Origin: a virus
Virus record (IMG/VR): IMGVR_UViG_3300032770_000009
Location: 1 to 64,000 of that record
Strand: one strand, 5' to 3'
Length of the DNA: 64,000 nt
The notes below the pieces were generated by a model. It did not search any database and had not been told where the DNA came from. It saw only the letters and a program-made list of their open reading frames with translations. Positions 48,457-58,306 of the stretch are shown here, piece by piece; positions within the stretch are counted from its first letter, which is position 1, and every line of letters begins with the position of its first letter. The position numbers and the translations under genes were made by a program.

Positions 48457-48822
48457 TAATCTCCTTGTGCTGCTCTAACCGACTGAACTACCGCCCAATG
48501 ATTACTAAGATTCTTTTTCTGCTTTCTCGACAAGAATCTTAGCAGCGGCAAGCGCGGCCAATTCTGTCTTAGTAAGAGTCTTAGGATCTCTCTTTTCAAG
48601 TTCTTTAATCACCTTAAGAGCCCTTGCAAGAGCATCTTCCACTACAGTCCACCTACTTTCCATCCACGGTTAGGTACAGTATCTACAGGTTCACTAACCC
48701 ACAATACATCCCATAATACAGCAGGTGCATGCTTTAAAGTTACCCTGTCACCTATTTTAACATCTTTATCAACCCAGCATGTAAGATGGGTGTCGTGTGC
48801 TTTTAACTTGACTTGTATCATG

Positions 48823-48895
48823 TGAGTCCCGTGGGATTTGAACCCACAACTCCCAACTTAAAAGGATGGTACTCTGCCAATTGAGTTAGAGACTC
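48823..48895 (-). tRNA. tRNA-Lys(TTT)
   Basis: Loop CT-TTT-AA. Confidence 0.88.
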
Positions 48896-49218
48896 ATTTT
48901 CCCTGAGCCGTACTGATTTTTCCAACCTCGAATAGCCAACTGCTCAAGGTTATCGGCTTTCGATTTCTGAGTATGATGAACTGCGCATAGAAGTTGGCAC
49001 TTTTCAAGTTCAGCTAGAAATCTTACTTTAGCTATAGACCACATTTTGTTGACAGGAACCTCTTTGTAAACCCAGTCTATGTGGTCTATTTGCAAGTTTT
49101 CCGTTGTTTCACATATCGCACACACTCCACCTAGCAGTTTTTTAGCAAGAGCCATTCGCTCCGCATAGCGTCTTTGCATGTATGTATTCATGTAATTGTT
49201 ATAGTCTTTAGAAGGCAT
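48886..49218 (-). CDS. HNH endonuclease
   Basis: LGGVCAIC...LQIDHID...ELEKCQLLCAVHHTQK. Confidence 0.85.
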   Translation of the reverse strand: MPSKDYNNYMNTYMQRRYAERMALAKKLLGGVCAICETTENLQIDHIDWVYKEVPVNKMWSIAKVRFLAELEKCQLLCAVHHTQKSKADNLEQLAIRGWKNQYGSGKMSL

Positions 49219-49483
49219 ATTTAGTTGTTTTTCTTTTTTGGCTGCATATGTTCTGGAGCAGGTTTCTTACACAAAGAACATCTAAGGACGCCTGTCACTC
49301 TGTCTTTAATATAAAAATGTTTACCATTCTGGCAATTACTGTTACCCATACTACTTCACTTTTTTCCAAATGTCAACTAGAAGATTAACGCAGGCTATAA
49401 TAGCTATTCCTGTACCTAGTCCGCTACCAAAAAATACCTCAAATCCGTGTTCCCAACCCATCTGTCCCTCCTAATATAGAAAG

Positions 49484-49556
49484 TACCCTGAGAGGGATTC
49501 GAACCCCCGACCTTATGCTTAGAAGACATTAGCTCTATCCACTGAGCTATCAGGGC
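49484..49556 (-). tRNA. tRNA-Arg(TCT)
   Basis: Loop CT-TCT-AA. Confidence 0.9.
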
Positions 49557-49769
49557 TTGGTTTAGCAACGACACTATTAAGCCGCCGTATGCTAAACGGT
49601 ATACGCATGTTTACAGGCTGCAGTCCTAATATCTAGAATTTTGCTGTCAGAACCTCAAGTCCAATAAGTCATGCCTGACTTTATGCTCCGCACCGTCAAG
49701 GACTCAAGACGGTGCAACCTTCTATATACAGAAGACCTTTCATCCGGATTTCATATCTGTACGGGAGCG

Positions 49770-49842
49770 CGCCCTGACCTGGACTCGAACCAGGGACCGT
49801 CACTTTAGGAAAGTGTTATTCTATCCTCTGAACTACCAGGGC
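49770..49842 (-). tRNA. tRNA-Arg(CCT)
   Basis: Loop TT-CCT-AA. Confidence 0.88.
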
Positions 49843-50070
49843 GTAAAACTATTTTTCCTTCTGCTCTTTCTCTAGCTTAACTACTTCCCTTGTACGACGA
49901 AGCACTTCAGCCTTAAGCTTTTTAACCATAGCATAACTATCCGGGTTTCCGCCATTGCGGTCTTTGATTAGTTGTATAGCCTCAGCCAAATCGGATTCAG
50001 CATCCGCTAGAAGCATCTTAGCCAAACCTAGAGTATCAGCCATTCTTTCCTCCATCTCTTGTTTTCTATG

Positions 50071-50144
50071 TTGGGGAAGAGGGACTTGAACCCTCGGTCT
50101 TTTCCTTATCAGAGAAACGATTTCACCAGCTAATCTACTCCCCA
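50071..50144 (-). tRNA. tRNA-Ile(GAT)
   Basis: Loop CT-GAT-AA. Confidence 0.88.
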
Positions 50145-50153
50145 TTGTTACTG

Positions 50154-50215
50154 TGGAGTCAAGAGATTTGAACTCTCCACCCATAGTGGCCAATTACGGG
50201 TTACACCATTACCCC
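50154..50215 (-). ncRNA. tRNA-like element lacking a D arm
   Basis: Acceptor GGGGTAA/TGACTCC, T loop TTCAAAT, CCCGTA/TATGGG arm, no D stem. Confidence 0.55.
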
Positions 50216-50217
50216 AG

Positions 50218-50289
50218 TACACCCAGAGGGAGTCGAACCCCCATTCCTAGATCCGTAGTCTAGTGCCCTGTCCATTGAACGATGGGTGC
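50218..50289 (-). tRNA. tRNA-Arg(ACG)
   Basis: Loop CT-ACG-GA. Confidence 0.9.
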
Positions 50290-50370
50290 ATGTACTAAAT
50301 TTGACGAATGAGACTTTACTTATCAGTGTATTCTATGATTCTCTTGTACGGGCTTTAGTACGTGCCCTTG

Positions 50371-50442
50371 GGCGAACATCGAGAATTGAACTCGAATATT
50401 TGGTTCCACAGACCAATGTTCTACCATTGAACTATATCCGCC
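50371..50442 (-). tRNA. tRNA-His(GTG)
   Basis: Loop CT-GTG-GA; G-1:C73 pair. Confidence 0.9.
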
Positions 50443-50568
50443 ATGGGTCACGCAATTTTATGCTTCTTGCGTGGAACAGCTTCTGTATTTACAGCTACAG
50501 ATCAGCAGGAGCCCTTTTGTTCCGACATCTTGTAAAGCGCGCCCGGAACGGGTAATGCTCATACCTAG

Positions 50569-50639
50569 CAGGGCGACAGGGACTCGAACCCCAAACTGCG
50601 GTTTTGGAGACCGCTGTTTTACCATTAAACTATCTCCCC
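50569..50639 (-). tRNA. tRNA-Trp(CCA)
   Basis: Loop CT-CCA-AA. Confidence 0.88.
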
Positions 50640-50783
50640 AAGTGAGAAACGCACTTACCTATGCGCAGAATTAACGCCGCCTTCCCCATCCGGCATTATT
50701 GCGTTAAGCATAACCACCCATGCGATAGCCGCCGATATCGCCCTAGAACCCTCAGCGCATCTCTCTTTGTTGTTATGTCTAAT

Positions 50784-50812
50784 ACCCTACCACACGTCCG
50801 GCCCTTTGTCAA
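50784..50812 (-). promoter_or_regulatory. Housekeeping-sigma promoter
   Basis: TTGACA-N17-TAGGGT. Confidence 0.68.
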
Positions 50813-51541
50813 ATCAAGTGACTGAGACAAAAATCCGCGTATCGTCACCCTTCGGGCGAACCACCGTACCCTGGGGCAAATCGGACATTCGGGACGTAAC
50901 TAGTTTTCCAGACGTCCCTCGAAGATCCATCTCATGCATGTGATAGCGTTTGCAGAAACATTCATCCCAGTCAGATCCACCGGGGAGGTAAGCCTTGCAC
51001 TCAGGATCGTGCTTAGCATTAAAAGCATTAACCGTTTTGTCAGCCTCTTGTTTATCAAGAGTAGTCATAATACACTGATGGTAACTATCCCACGGAACTT
51101 CAGCGCATACTACGTAGCAGATCACTTAAGGAATGTTTCTATCTTGCCGCGCTTCATGAATTTTTCCATGTCAACTTCACCAAGTACGTTGGCTTCTATA
51201 AGTTCAACCTTGACATCGTATTTTCTTGGCTCATCGAACCCCGCGTAAACATATGTCTGCACAGCCATTTGCAAACCACCATAACGCACTCTTGGCTTGC
51301 TTGCCCATCTAAACCTAGGGTTTATCTCTGTTCTCGTAACCCTGAACAGATGACGCTTATTGTTATCGTACATTAATCCTCCTGATTGAGCCATTCAAAG
51401 TCAGCTTCGCTAAGCTGGCCGCCAGTAGACGGTGATACATATATTTTAGGATGGCGCGGCCTGTACTGACAACGATACACCCATATACCAAACACTTCAG
51501 CATGTACCATAGGTACACCACAGCATTCAAATGTCATTACG

Positions 51542-51612
51542 CTTCCCCCCAAAGATTCGAACTTCGATTCATGGTTCCAAAGACCACTGTCCTGCCATTA
51601 GACGAAGGGGAA
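51542..51612 (-). tRNA. tRNA-Gln(TTG)
   Basis: Loop CT-TTG-GA. Confidence 0.88.
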
Positions 51613-51617
51613 TAGAG

Positions 51618-51690
51618 CTTCCGCCCCAAGATTCGAACTTGGAACCACATGGTTCAGAGCCATGTACTCTGCCAGTTGAGCTAGACGGAA
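51618..51690 (-). tRNA. tRNA-Gln(CTG)
   Basis: Loop CT-CTG-AA. Confidence 0.88.
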
Positions 51691-52381
51691 ATATGCCGCT
51701 TACGCGGCTGTTGTATTTAACTCGATAATACCATTTATGTCAAGTGCTTCAGTTTGAACAGCTAGCATCTGACTATTTTTCATGTAGCGCTTCTGCCTGT
51801 CCTGAGCTTCCTGGCGTTTACGTGCCTTTTCTGCTTGCATAACACCTTTGTTAGGACCATATTTACGTGGCGGTCCTTGCGGGCCTGTGAATTTATACCA
51901 CTTATCCAAAACTCTTCTCCCACCATTCGGCGAATACAGGACCGTTGAACTTCAGAACATGGCGAAGCTTGTTACGCTTGCGGTGACCCTCAGCATTATA
52001 ACGCATATGCGACGGCTTCTTGCGCTTATTACCTGTTTTGCTATGTGCCATCATACCCCCTTAAGCTTCGCTGTGGTCGTACGTAACTCCCTTATTAGCA
52101 CATTTAACACAAATATGTAGATTAGCTTGTGCGTCACTCATAAGTTTGTTAAATCTCATTTTATATTCGCAGTGCTTGCACCTGTAAACGTATGTCACTT
52201 TCCCTCCAGCCACAACTTCCAGAAATCGTCGAGAAGTTGCTTCTTTATGTCTTCTGCCATTTCTTCCGCTAGATTCCATTCCTCTATAGGAATGCTATGT
52301 TTCACACGAAATTCTTCGGCATGGCGTTTAGCATCTTCTAGAGCTTTAGCCTCAGCTTTAGCATCCATTTTCCTCCTGTCG

Positions 52382-52454
52382 AGCCAGATATCGGATTTGA
52401 ACCGATGACCGCATTCTTACCATGAATGTGCTCTACCGACTGAGCTAATCCGGC
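52382..52454 (-). tRNA. tRNA-Thr(GGT)
   Basis: Loop AT-GGT-AA. Confidence 0.9.
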
Positions 52455-52545
52455 TTGTGGCGTCAGTAGAAATGCTAGTTTAAAGCGCTACTATATCTAG
52501 TATTTCTTGGGGCTGCTGTCGGCCGCACCAGTTATTCCCCTTTAG

Positions 52546-52619
52546 AGCCACCTAACGGATTCGAACCGTTGACCTGCTCATTACAAGTGAGCTGCTCTGG
52601 CCATCTGAGCTAAGGGGGC
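52546..52619 (-). tRNA. tRNA-Thr(TGT)
   Basis: Loop CT-TGT-AA. Confidence 0.92.
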
Positions 52620-52749
52620 GTATTTCTAATTGTCCTTACGGTACAAGTAAGTTGTAGTACGACAAGCAGGGCATTCTTTCCTGATAACTTTGTCAGTGTA
52701 CTTAAGTTCTGATATTTCTTCGCAAAGAAGACATTTGTATTTATTCACG

Positions 52750-52822
52750 CTCTCACATCAGGACTCGAACCTGAAACCTATCGGTTAACAGCCGAACGCT
52801 CTGCCAATTGAGCTATGCGAGA
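52750..52822 (-). tRNA. tRNA-Asn(GTT)
   Basis: Loop CT-GTT-AA. Confidence 0.92.
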
Positions 52823-52978
52823 TTGATGGGGTGGGCTTTTTCCTGTATCCCTTGCAACAGTGCGGTGCCCACTTGAACCATTAGGTGCCATTAGCGGTTA
52901 TTGGTTTTTACTGCCATCGATTTTGATTGATTTGAGACTTAGAAAAGAGACTGTCAGGTAGTCCGCCTGACAGAAAGA

Positions 52979-53034
52979 ACACTACCAGGCCAGGGATCGC
53001 TTGTCAAATCGGACATTTCAGGACAGGTCGGACA
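52979..53034 (-). promoter_or_regulatory. Promoter at the head of the tRNA cluster with GGACA boxes
   Basis: TTGACA-N17-TAGTGT; CGGACATTTCAGGACAGGTCGGACA upstream. Confidence 0.7.
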
Positions 53035-53195
53035 AAGCGTAGGAAATCTCGTTGTACGCTGAATCTATGGCAATCAAAAGATCATGAAACTTACCATCAG
53101 GATCAGGCACTTCTTCTATATCATTTGTTATATCGGTTAGGGTTAATAGCAGCCCTTTAACTAAATCTTGTACTTGTTTCATATATATTATACTC

Positions 53196-53660
53196 CTAAA
53201 AGTCGATCCATGGTGTGCCCACAGCGAAAGTAGGTATACCGAGGGACTGCCACATTCTCAGAACTTGCGGTCTGTCGTCTATAGCGAACTGAATATCGTA
53301 TTTCGGTTCTATATGATTACGGTAAATTTCTTCCTTCACTATGTAGTCTTTCCTGTAATCAGGCAGACCGTTAGCCAGCCAGTCAGGACGCATAAACAGC
53401 TCATTGTCGTAAGGCGTGAAAACATTCTTACCGAGCCATTCCTTTGTGTCGTCACGGCTTCTCTCCGGTCTTCCTGATACAAAGACGCAGGTAACGTTAT
53501 CTGGTTCTGAAGGAGACAGAATAAGACTAGTTACGACATGGATGACATGAGGATTAGGTTTGTCAAGCATAACTTTATCGTAATCGAGATGTCCCCTGAT
53601 GCCTTCGTGGTCCGCCACTGTGCCATCTATATCACATATGAATGCTTTTATTTTATTCAT
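53196..53660 (-). CDS. HAD 3'-phosphatase (T4 polynucleotide kinase phosphatase domain-like)
   Basis: CDIDGTVA, VSGR, LFMR, RKDYIVKEEIY, IDDRPQV. Confidence 0.88.
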   Translation of the reverse strand: MNKIKAFICDIDGTVADHEGIRGHLDYDKVMLDKPNPHVIHVVTSLILSPSEPDNVTCVFVSGRPERSRDDTKEWLGKNVFTPYDNELFMRPDWLANGLPDYRKDYIVKEEIYRNHIEPKYDIQFAIDDRPQVLRMWQSLGIPTFAVGTPWIDF

Positions 53661-54225
53661 TACCCTCCAAGCAACAGCCGTCGCATCCGTGAACAGATAC
53701 GTCTCTTTTAATTGTCTTGTTGAATGCTACATCATCAGGGTCAGGGTGACCAACACCGTGAGGACACAGCCTTTCCATCTTCTTAGCATCTGCTCTCCAA
53801 TTCTGCGGCCATGCAGTCATATGATGATCGGAAGGGTTATGAATGCAGCAGTTACGTCCCTGGCACATTTTACTGTTATGCACTCTAAGAGTCTGGCCGC
53901 CGACAAGGGTAACATCTTCCATGTCAAGTATCTTCTCTGCTGAATCCCAGAAAGCATCCCATTCGTACTCTTCCATAGACCTGCCGACATGCCATGTGTA
54001 GGTGGCGTTGTTAATGTCAGGAGAACAGAAGTAGCACGGGTAAGCTTCAAATGACTTTTTCCTGGATTTCATCAGTGAAGCAGCGTGCTTGTGTGCTGTC
54101 AGGAAATCAGAGTGCTTAACCTTGGTGCCGCATGTTGAATCTCTGCCGTAGTATCTTCCCGCTGCAAGGTGTACTTTTATTTCCTTATCGGTAGGATAGA
54201 TTAGTTCCAGCGGAAGGTCTATCAT
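53653..54225 (-). CDS. Cys/His-rich two-domain hypothetical protein
   Basis: CGTK...YPCYFC...WHVG and CCIHNPSDHHM...ERLCPHGVGHPDPD...HGCDGCC. Confidence 0.6.
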   Translation of the reverse strand: MIDLPLELIYPTDKEIKVHLAAGRYYGRDSTCGTKVKHSDFLTAHKHAASLMKSRKKSFEAYPCYFCSPDINNATYTWHVGRSMEEYEWDAFWDSAEKILDMEDVTLVGGQTLRVHNSKMCQGRNCCIHNPSDHHMTAWPQNWRADAKKMERLCPHGVGHPDPDDVAFNKTIKRDVSVHGCDGCCLEGNE

Positions 54226-55045
54226 CTCTTCCTAATATCGTATGTGCGTCCGGTTACTTTGCGGTTTGACATTGACTCGTTAAGCATAACAGCACGTCTA
54301 GATGCTGATGACTTGAACAGGAAACGGTGAGCGTTATATGCTAGCTCCTCTGTTTCCTTGATGTAAATTTCCCATTTCTTAAGCACTTATAACCTCAAAC
54401 TGCTGTGTGTGAGCCGCTACTGATGTTCTTACAGATTTCTTAGCCTTGGCGATTAGGTGCTTCGGCGGAGTTGTCCGTGTAGCAGTAACAGGGGTAGGCT
54501 CATTGCTTACCTGGTTCCAGGTAGTCATCTCTACTTTGTCGAAATGTTTCGGGTGTACCATGTCATGACCTTCATCAAGGTCGCACACAAGTATAACTTT
54601 TCCTGTCACAGCACTTCTCTTGTTTGACTTGCAACGAGCCATGATTCTCCCTACCTGTTGAAGATTATGTTAGCCGCGTATACCAGTGACATTCCGTATG
54701 TCATCAGAATTGAGTCTAGCCGGTCTGGTGCTTCTTTGTCTGACGTGATTTCCCTTCCAACTTCAGCCAGTAGCCTGCCTGCCGTGTACAGTGCGGTTGC
54801 GGCGCTGTTCTTGTCTAGTTCGTCACCCAAGGCTGTTGCGAAAGAAGAACCTCCCGTGCGTACTAATGACATATCCGTACTATTAGTATTACTGTCTACT
54901 ATTGCAGCTAATTCCTTAGAAGCGTTTACTGCTTCTTCTAGACTACAAGTATCTTCACTACTCAATATATCCTCCTATATTACGACTGTATGTGTATGAC
55001 CAGTGGTGACCACTGGTACCATGTCTCTGTGCTATGTGTGGTATG

Positions 55046-55152
55046 AGGCTACCACAGACATCGGCATTTGTCAAATCGGACATTTCGGGACATACGCGCA
55101 TATAAAGGTGCGAAAATCTGGACTTGACAAGACGGCCGGTCCATGATAGTCT
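55046..55152. promoter_or_regulatory. Divergent promoter pair at the strand switch
   Basis: Minus strand TTGACA(55069-74)-N17-TAGCCT; plus strand TTGACA(55124-29)-N17-TAGTCT; CGGACATTTCGGGACA lies between them. Confidence 0.75.
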
Positions 55153-55195
55153 GATGACATGATCGTACACGTGGACACATGGAGGGAATCGACAC

Positions 55196-55636
55196 ATGGA
55201 ATTTGAGAACGGAACAAGGGTATCGTTCGAAGTAACAGGAACAGTCATCAGTGACGAGTCGTTCCTAGACAAGATGGAAGAAATCTACGGGCCTGTAGCT
55301 AAGAGTATGGACATAACGATGTCAGGACGTGACTTCACCAACATACTTCTTGACAACGGAGTTGTTACCCGGATTGATACAACAGAAGACGAACTGGGTA
55401 TAGCAGTTAGCAGGGTAAAGCCTCGCTACTGGCCTCCTAAGAGAGATGATGTATGGAGAGACGACCATGACGGATCTTGGTATGTAACCGAAATGGATTT
55501 CGGTAACCGTAAGGGAACACGTATGAAGCAGTTTACAGGAGACGGAGAAGTTGTCCGCAGTTCTGTTGTTTTCTTGCAGGAAAACGTGCACCCTTACCTG
55601 CTTATAAGAGACGGAGAGTACCTAGGTGTTAGTTAA
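55196..55636 (+). CDS. Hypothetical protein (WPP-x-x-DVW family)
   Basis: First gene after the plus-strand promoter; RYWPPKRDDVWRD...LLIRDG. Confidence 0.65.
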   Translation: MEFENGTRVSFEVTGTVISDESFLDKMEEIYGPVAKSMDITMSGRDFTNILLDNGVVTRIDTTEDELGIAVSRVKPRYWPPKRDDVWRDDHDGSWYVTEMDFGNRKGTRMKQFTGDGEVVRSSVVFLQENVHPYLLIRDGEYLGVS

Positions 55637-57475
55637 AGGCAAGCCGCTTAAGCTTACATATGCTGGATCTGTAATATCTGTCAACTCCGACAGAAAAGCA
55701 ACAATAGCCAATATAACCGTTATGCTGAACGGAACTTACTACGTGGCTACCGGAAGTAGCTGGAGAGACAGTGGAGACCCTTACGACAAGACTAAGGGAG
55801 ATCTTATCGCATTCAGCCGGGCTGTTGAAGAACTAAGAGACGTTCTGAAAGAAGAAGTAAGGAAACTAGGAGACTAATGGAGACATTCAACTTCACCAAA
55901 GCCGGTTACGCATATCACTTAGGGAATTTCCAGTTCTACTGGATTTCCAAGGACACCTACTATGAAGTAACACATTACGGCAGGACTGGAATTATATGTC
56001 AGGTGCATCCGTACAAAGGAGAAGAAGGCACTCTAGGGCAAGACAGTAAAATGTTCACCGTAATAGCTCACGACTATCCCGGTGTAGGAAAACTTGAGCA
56101 GATGGTGAAAGGCGCGGATCTTCTGGAATACATAGATTCAATTCGCATGGGAAGAGGAATGTAAAATGGCAATGGCGGCTCTAATTGCGGCGAACGTGGT
56201 AAATCAGTCGGCGGCAACTACAGCCGCTAAAGTCAGATCAAGATACGCTAAGTTCGATACTAGTCTTCTGTACACTGTTAACGACGATTACTCCACCCAC
56301 CCGTATCCTACTAACGAGGAACTGGGGATACAAGATGTTACTCGTACTACTCTAGGTCAGCCGGTACTTAAGGAGGACAAGGATGTCTACGGTCTTCCTA
56401 AAGCTGAGACAAGGTGGGAAGTATTCAAGAAGATGTGGATTCCCAACTTCAAGTACAAGGGCAGGAGACGTAAATGATAGAAATATCAGAAGGTCTAGTC
56501 AAGGTAAATTACGTAGAAGCATTACACGAAACAGACGAGTTTGTTGTCTACATGGTCAATACTGCTACTAAGAGACCTGAAGTCATAAGCTGGAATAGCT
56601 CTATTGTTACCCTTCTTCCTGCTGACAAAGACTGGGGCATGATTCGTCCCATGGACTACACGGTTATCCGGTTTCCTGAGAAATTTGGATATACATCAGT
56701 GTACCAAGAGGAGCGGTACTGCGTGTTCTTCATACAGTTCAAGACAGAGCACGGTACGATAGTATGGGAGAAGGATGACACAGGTAGTTAACAGCATAGG
56801 ATACGGAGACGGCTTCCAGTACAATTTATCATCTCCGGTGGTAGTGAACACCGGAGATACTATGCTGGTAAACGGCACTCCGTTGACATATGACGGACGT
56901 GGATGGAATTACGGTTATAACACGATTTCATCAGGATCAGCAAACGGAACATGGAATGAGGAAAATATGAATAACGTGGCAAATGTTTACGACAACCTTA
57001 TCTTTACAAGAAACTGGTGCTACGAGCCGTGGTCGGTTACCAATATCAAGACCGGCAAGGAAGTAGGTAAGGTCTACGAGGTTAAGAGAGGTAGTCACGT
57101 AGGACTGAACAACAACAGCAGTTTTTACAGTGTCCTGGCTGACGGAAAGATCACTTACCCTCTTCTTAGCTGGAATGCGCTTCTGGAGAAGCTTGGGGGA
57201 TAAGAATGCCATTCTGGCACGAATGGTAGTAAAATGATAGTAGTCACAACTACTATCACAGGAGCTTTAATGGCAACTATGTACTCACCAAGGCATTCAG
57301 CTAACTCAATGCCAAGGGTGCAGCCCTTTGCCGGGAACAACACCAGGAACTTACAGCCACAGCAGTTTGGTACCGGAACAAGGTCAAGCGGTAATGTCAA
57401 TACAGGATTCAATCCACTGACATATCAGGGCGGTGCTCACAGAGCAGGATCAGGCGGCATATTCAACATGTAAAT

Positions 57476-57497
57476 GAAAGGGACTTCGGTCCCTTTC
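57476..57497 (+). terminator. Intrinsic terminator
   Basis: gaaagggac-ttcg-gtccctttc, UUCG tetraloop. Confidence 0.7.
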
Positions 57498-57514
57498 AGT
57501 ATTTTAGGAGGAAA

Positions 57515-57667
57515 GTGGGACTTTACTGCATAGAGAAATGCCCTAAGTGCAGAAAGAACGTGTGTAAGTTCACCAGTAATCATGGTCACAACCTAAGTAA
57601 ATGGCAACACGAATGCAAGGGCTGCGGAGGAAAATGGGATGTCTCGTTTGTTCCGGGGAAAGACTAG
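57515..57667 (+). CDS. Cys/His microprotein
   Basis: MGLYCIEKCPKCRKNVCKFTSNHGHNLSKWQHECKGCGGKW...; SD AGGAGG. Confidence 0.65.
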   Translation: MGLYCIEKCPKCRKNVCKFTSNHGHNLSKWQHECKGCGGKWDVSFVPGKD

Positions 57668-57814
57668 AGTAAAACTTTCAGTAGTAGAAGATCACTGGCC
57701 GGAAATTCGTATAGTAGAAGATATACCTGTAGAAGGTATTACGCCGCAGGCTCTTATAATCCGCGTAGGGAGTGTCTTCACTTACGATTCAGATCCGAAG
57801 GCAAGAACAGGAAT

Positions 57815-58306
57815 ATGGGTAAATTACGATTCTGGCGACGGAGACAATCTCTACGGGCCGGTACTGATGGATTACGAAAGCTGGAAAAAAGTAAACAAGC
57901 ACGTAAAGAAGCGATGGAGGGACAGAACATGGCCAATCTACATCTGGTTCGACAAGATGACGGCGAAATTGTCCGCGTTGGACATACAGTTGAGATAAGC
58001 AAAGTCATAGAAATTACAGATATACTCAGCACCAATTCTTACAAAGGTAGTGCCTTTGTAAAAGGCGATGACGGAAAGCGCTATCTAGTAGGAACAGAAT
58101 GGGACTTCAAGTTCGCTACTCCTAAGACATGGCCTCCGAGACCTGGGGATGTATGGAAGACCAACGATGTTAAATACGCCGCTATAGCACGCGGTGACAT
58201 TATAGTGCTAGAACCAATGACAACCAATGACAGGAATGTCGTACTTCCTTCAGATTTCGGTTCGTTCCTCGCGCAGAACCCAATACTAGTCTACCGCGAA
58301 AGGTAA
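57815..58306 (+). CDS. Hypothetical protein (WPP-x-x-DVW family; true start probably later)
   Basis: TWPPRPGDVWKTND...LVYRER. Confidence 0.55.
   Translation: MGKLRFWRRRQSLRAGTDGLRKLEKSKQARKEAMEGQNMANLHLVRQDDGEIVRVGHTVEISKVIEITDILSTNSYKGSAFVKGDDGKRYLVGTEWDFKFATPKTWPPRPGDVWKTNDVKYAAIARGDIIVLEPMTTNDRNVVLPSDFGSFLAQNPILVYRER

Larger units (their letters stand above)
47702..48497 (-). pseudogene. tRNA gene split into a 5' part (48467-48497) and a 3' part (47702-47729) by an insertion of about 737 bp
   Basis: 5' part TGGGCGG-TAGTTCAGTCGGTTAGAGC-AGCAC; 3' part GTC-CTGGG-TTCAAGT-CCCAG-TCGCCCA-A; acceptor strands are complementary. Confidence 0.75.

Noticed and set aside
52298-52313. Second parS-like site (tgtttcacacgaaat)
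   Set aside because: Several mismatches break the palindrome and it appears to lie in coding sequence.
34881-52408. Many ORF-track entries overlapping tRNAs or antisense to genes (for example 34881, 35216, 36625, 41328, 45434, 47234, 50286, 51531)
   Set aside because: They overlap clear tRNA or ncRNA structures or real genes on the other strand and lack ribosome-binding sites.
52455-52900. Hairpins at 52455-52545 and 52825-52882 as additional Y RNAs or riboswitches
   Set aside because: Stems are present, but UACUUC and the full handle are missing and no known consensus fits.
34900-53000. tmRNA
   Set aside because: No tRNA-Ala-like ends enclosing a tag reading frame were found.
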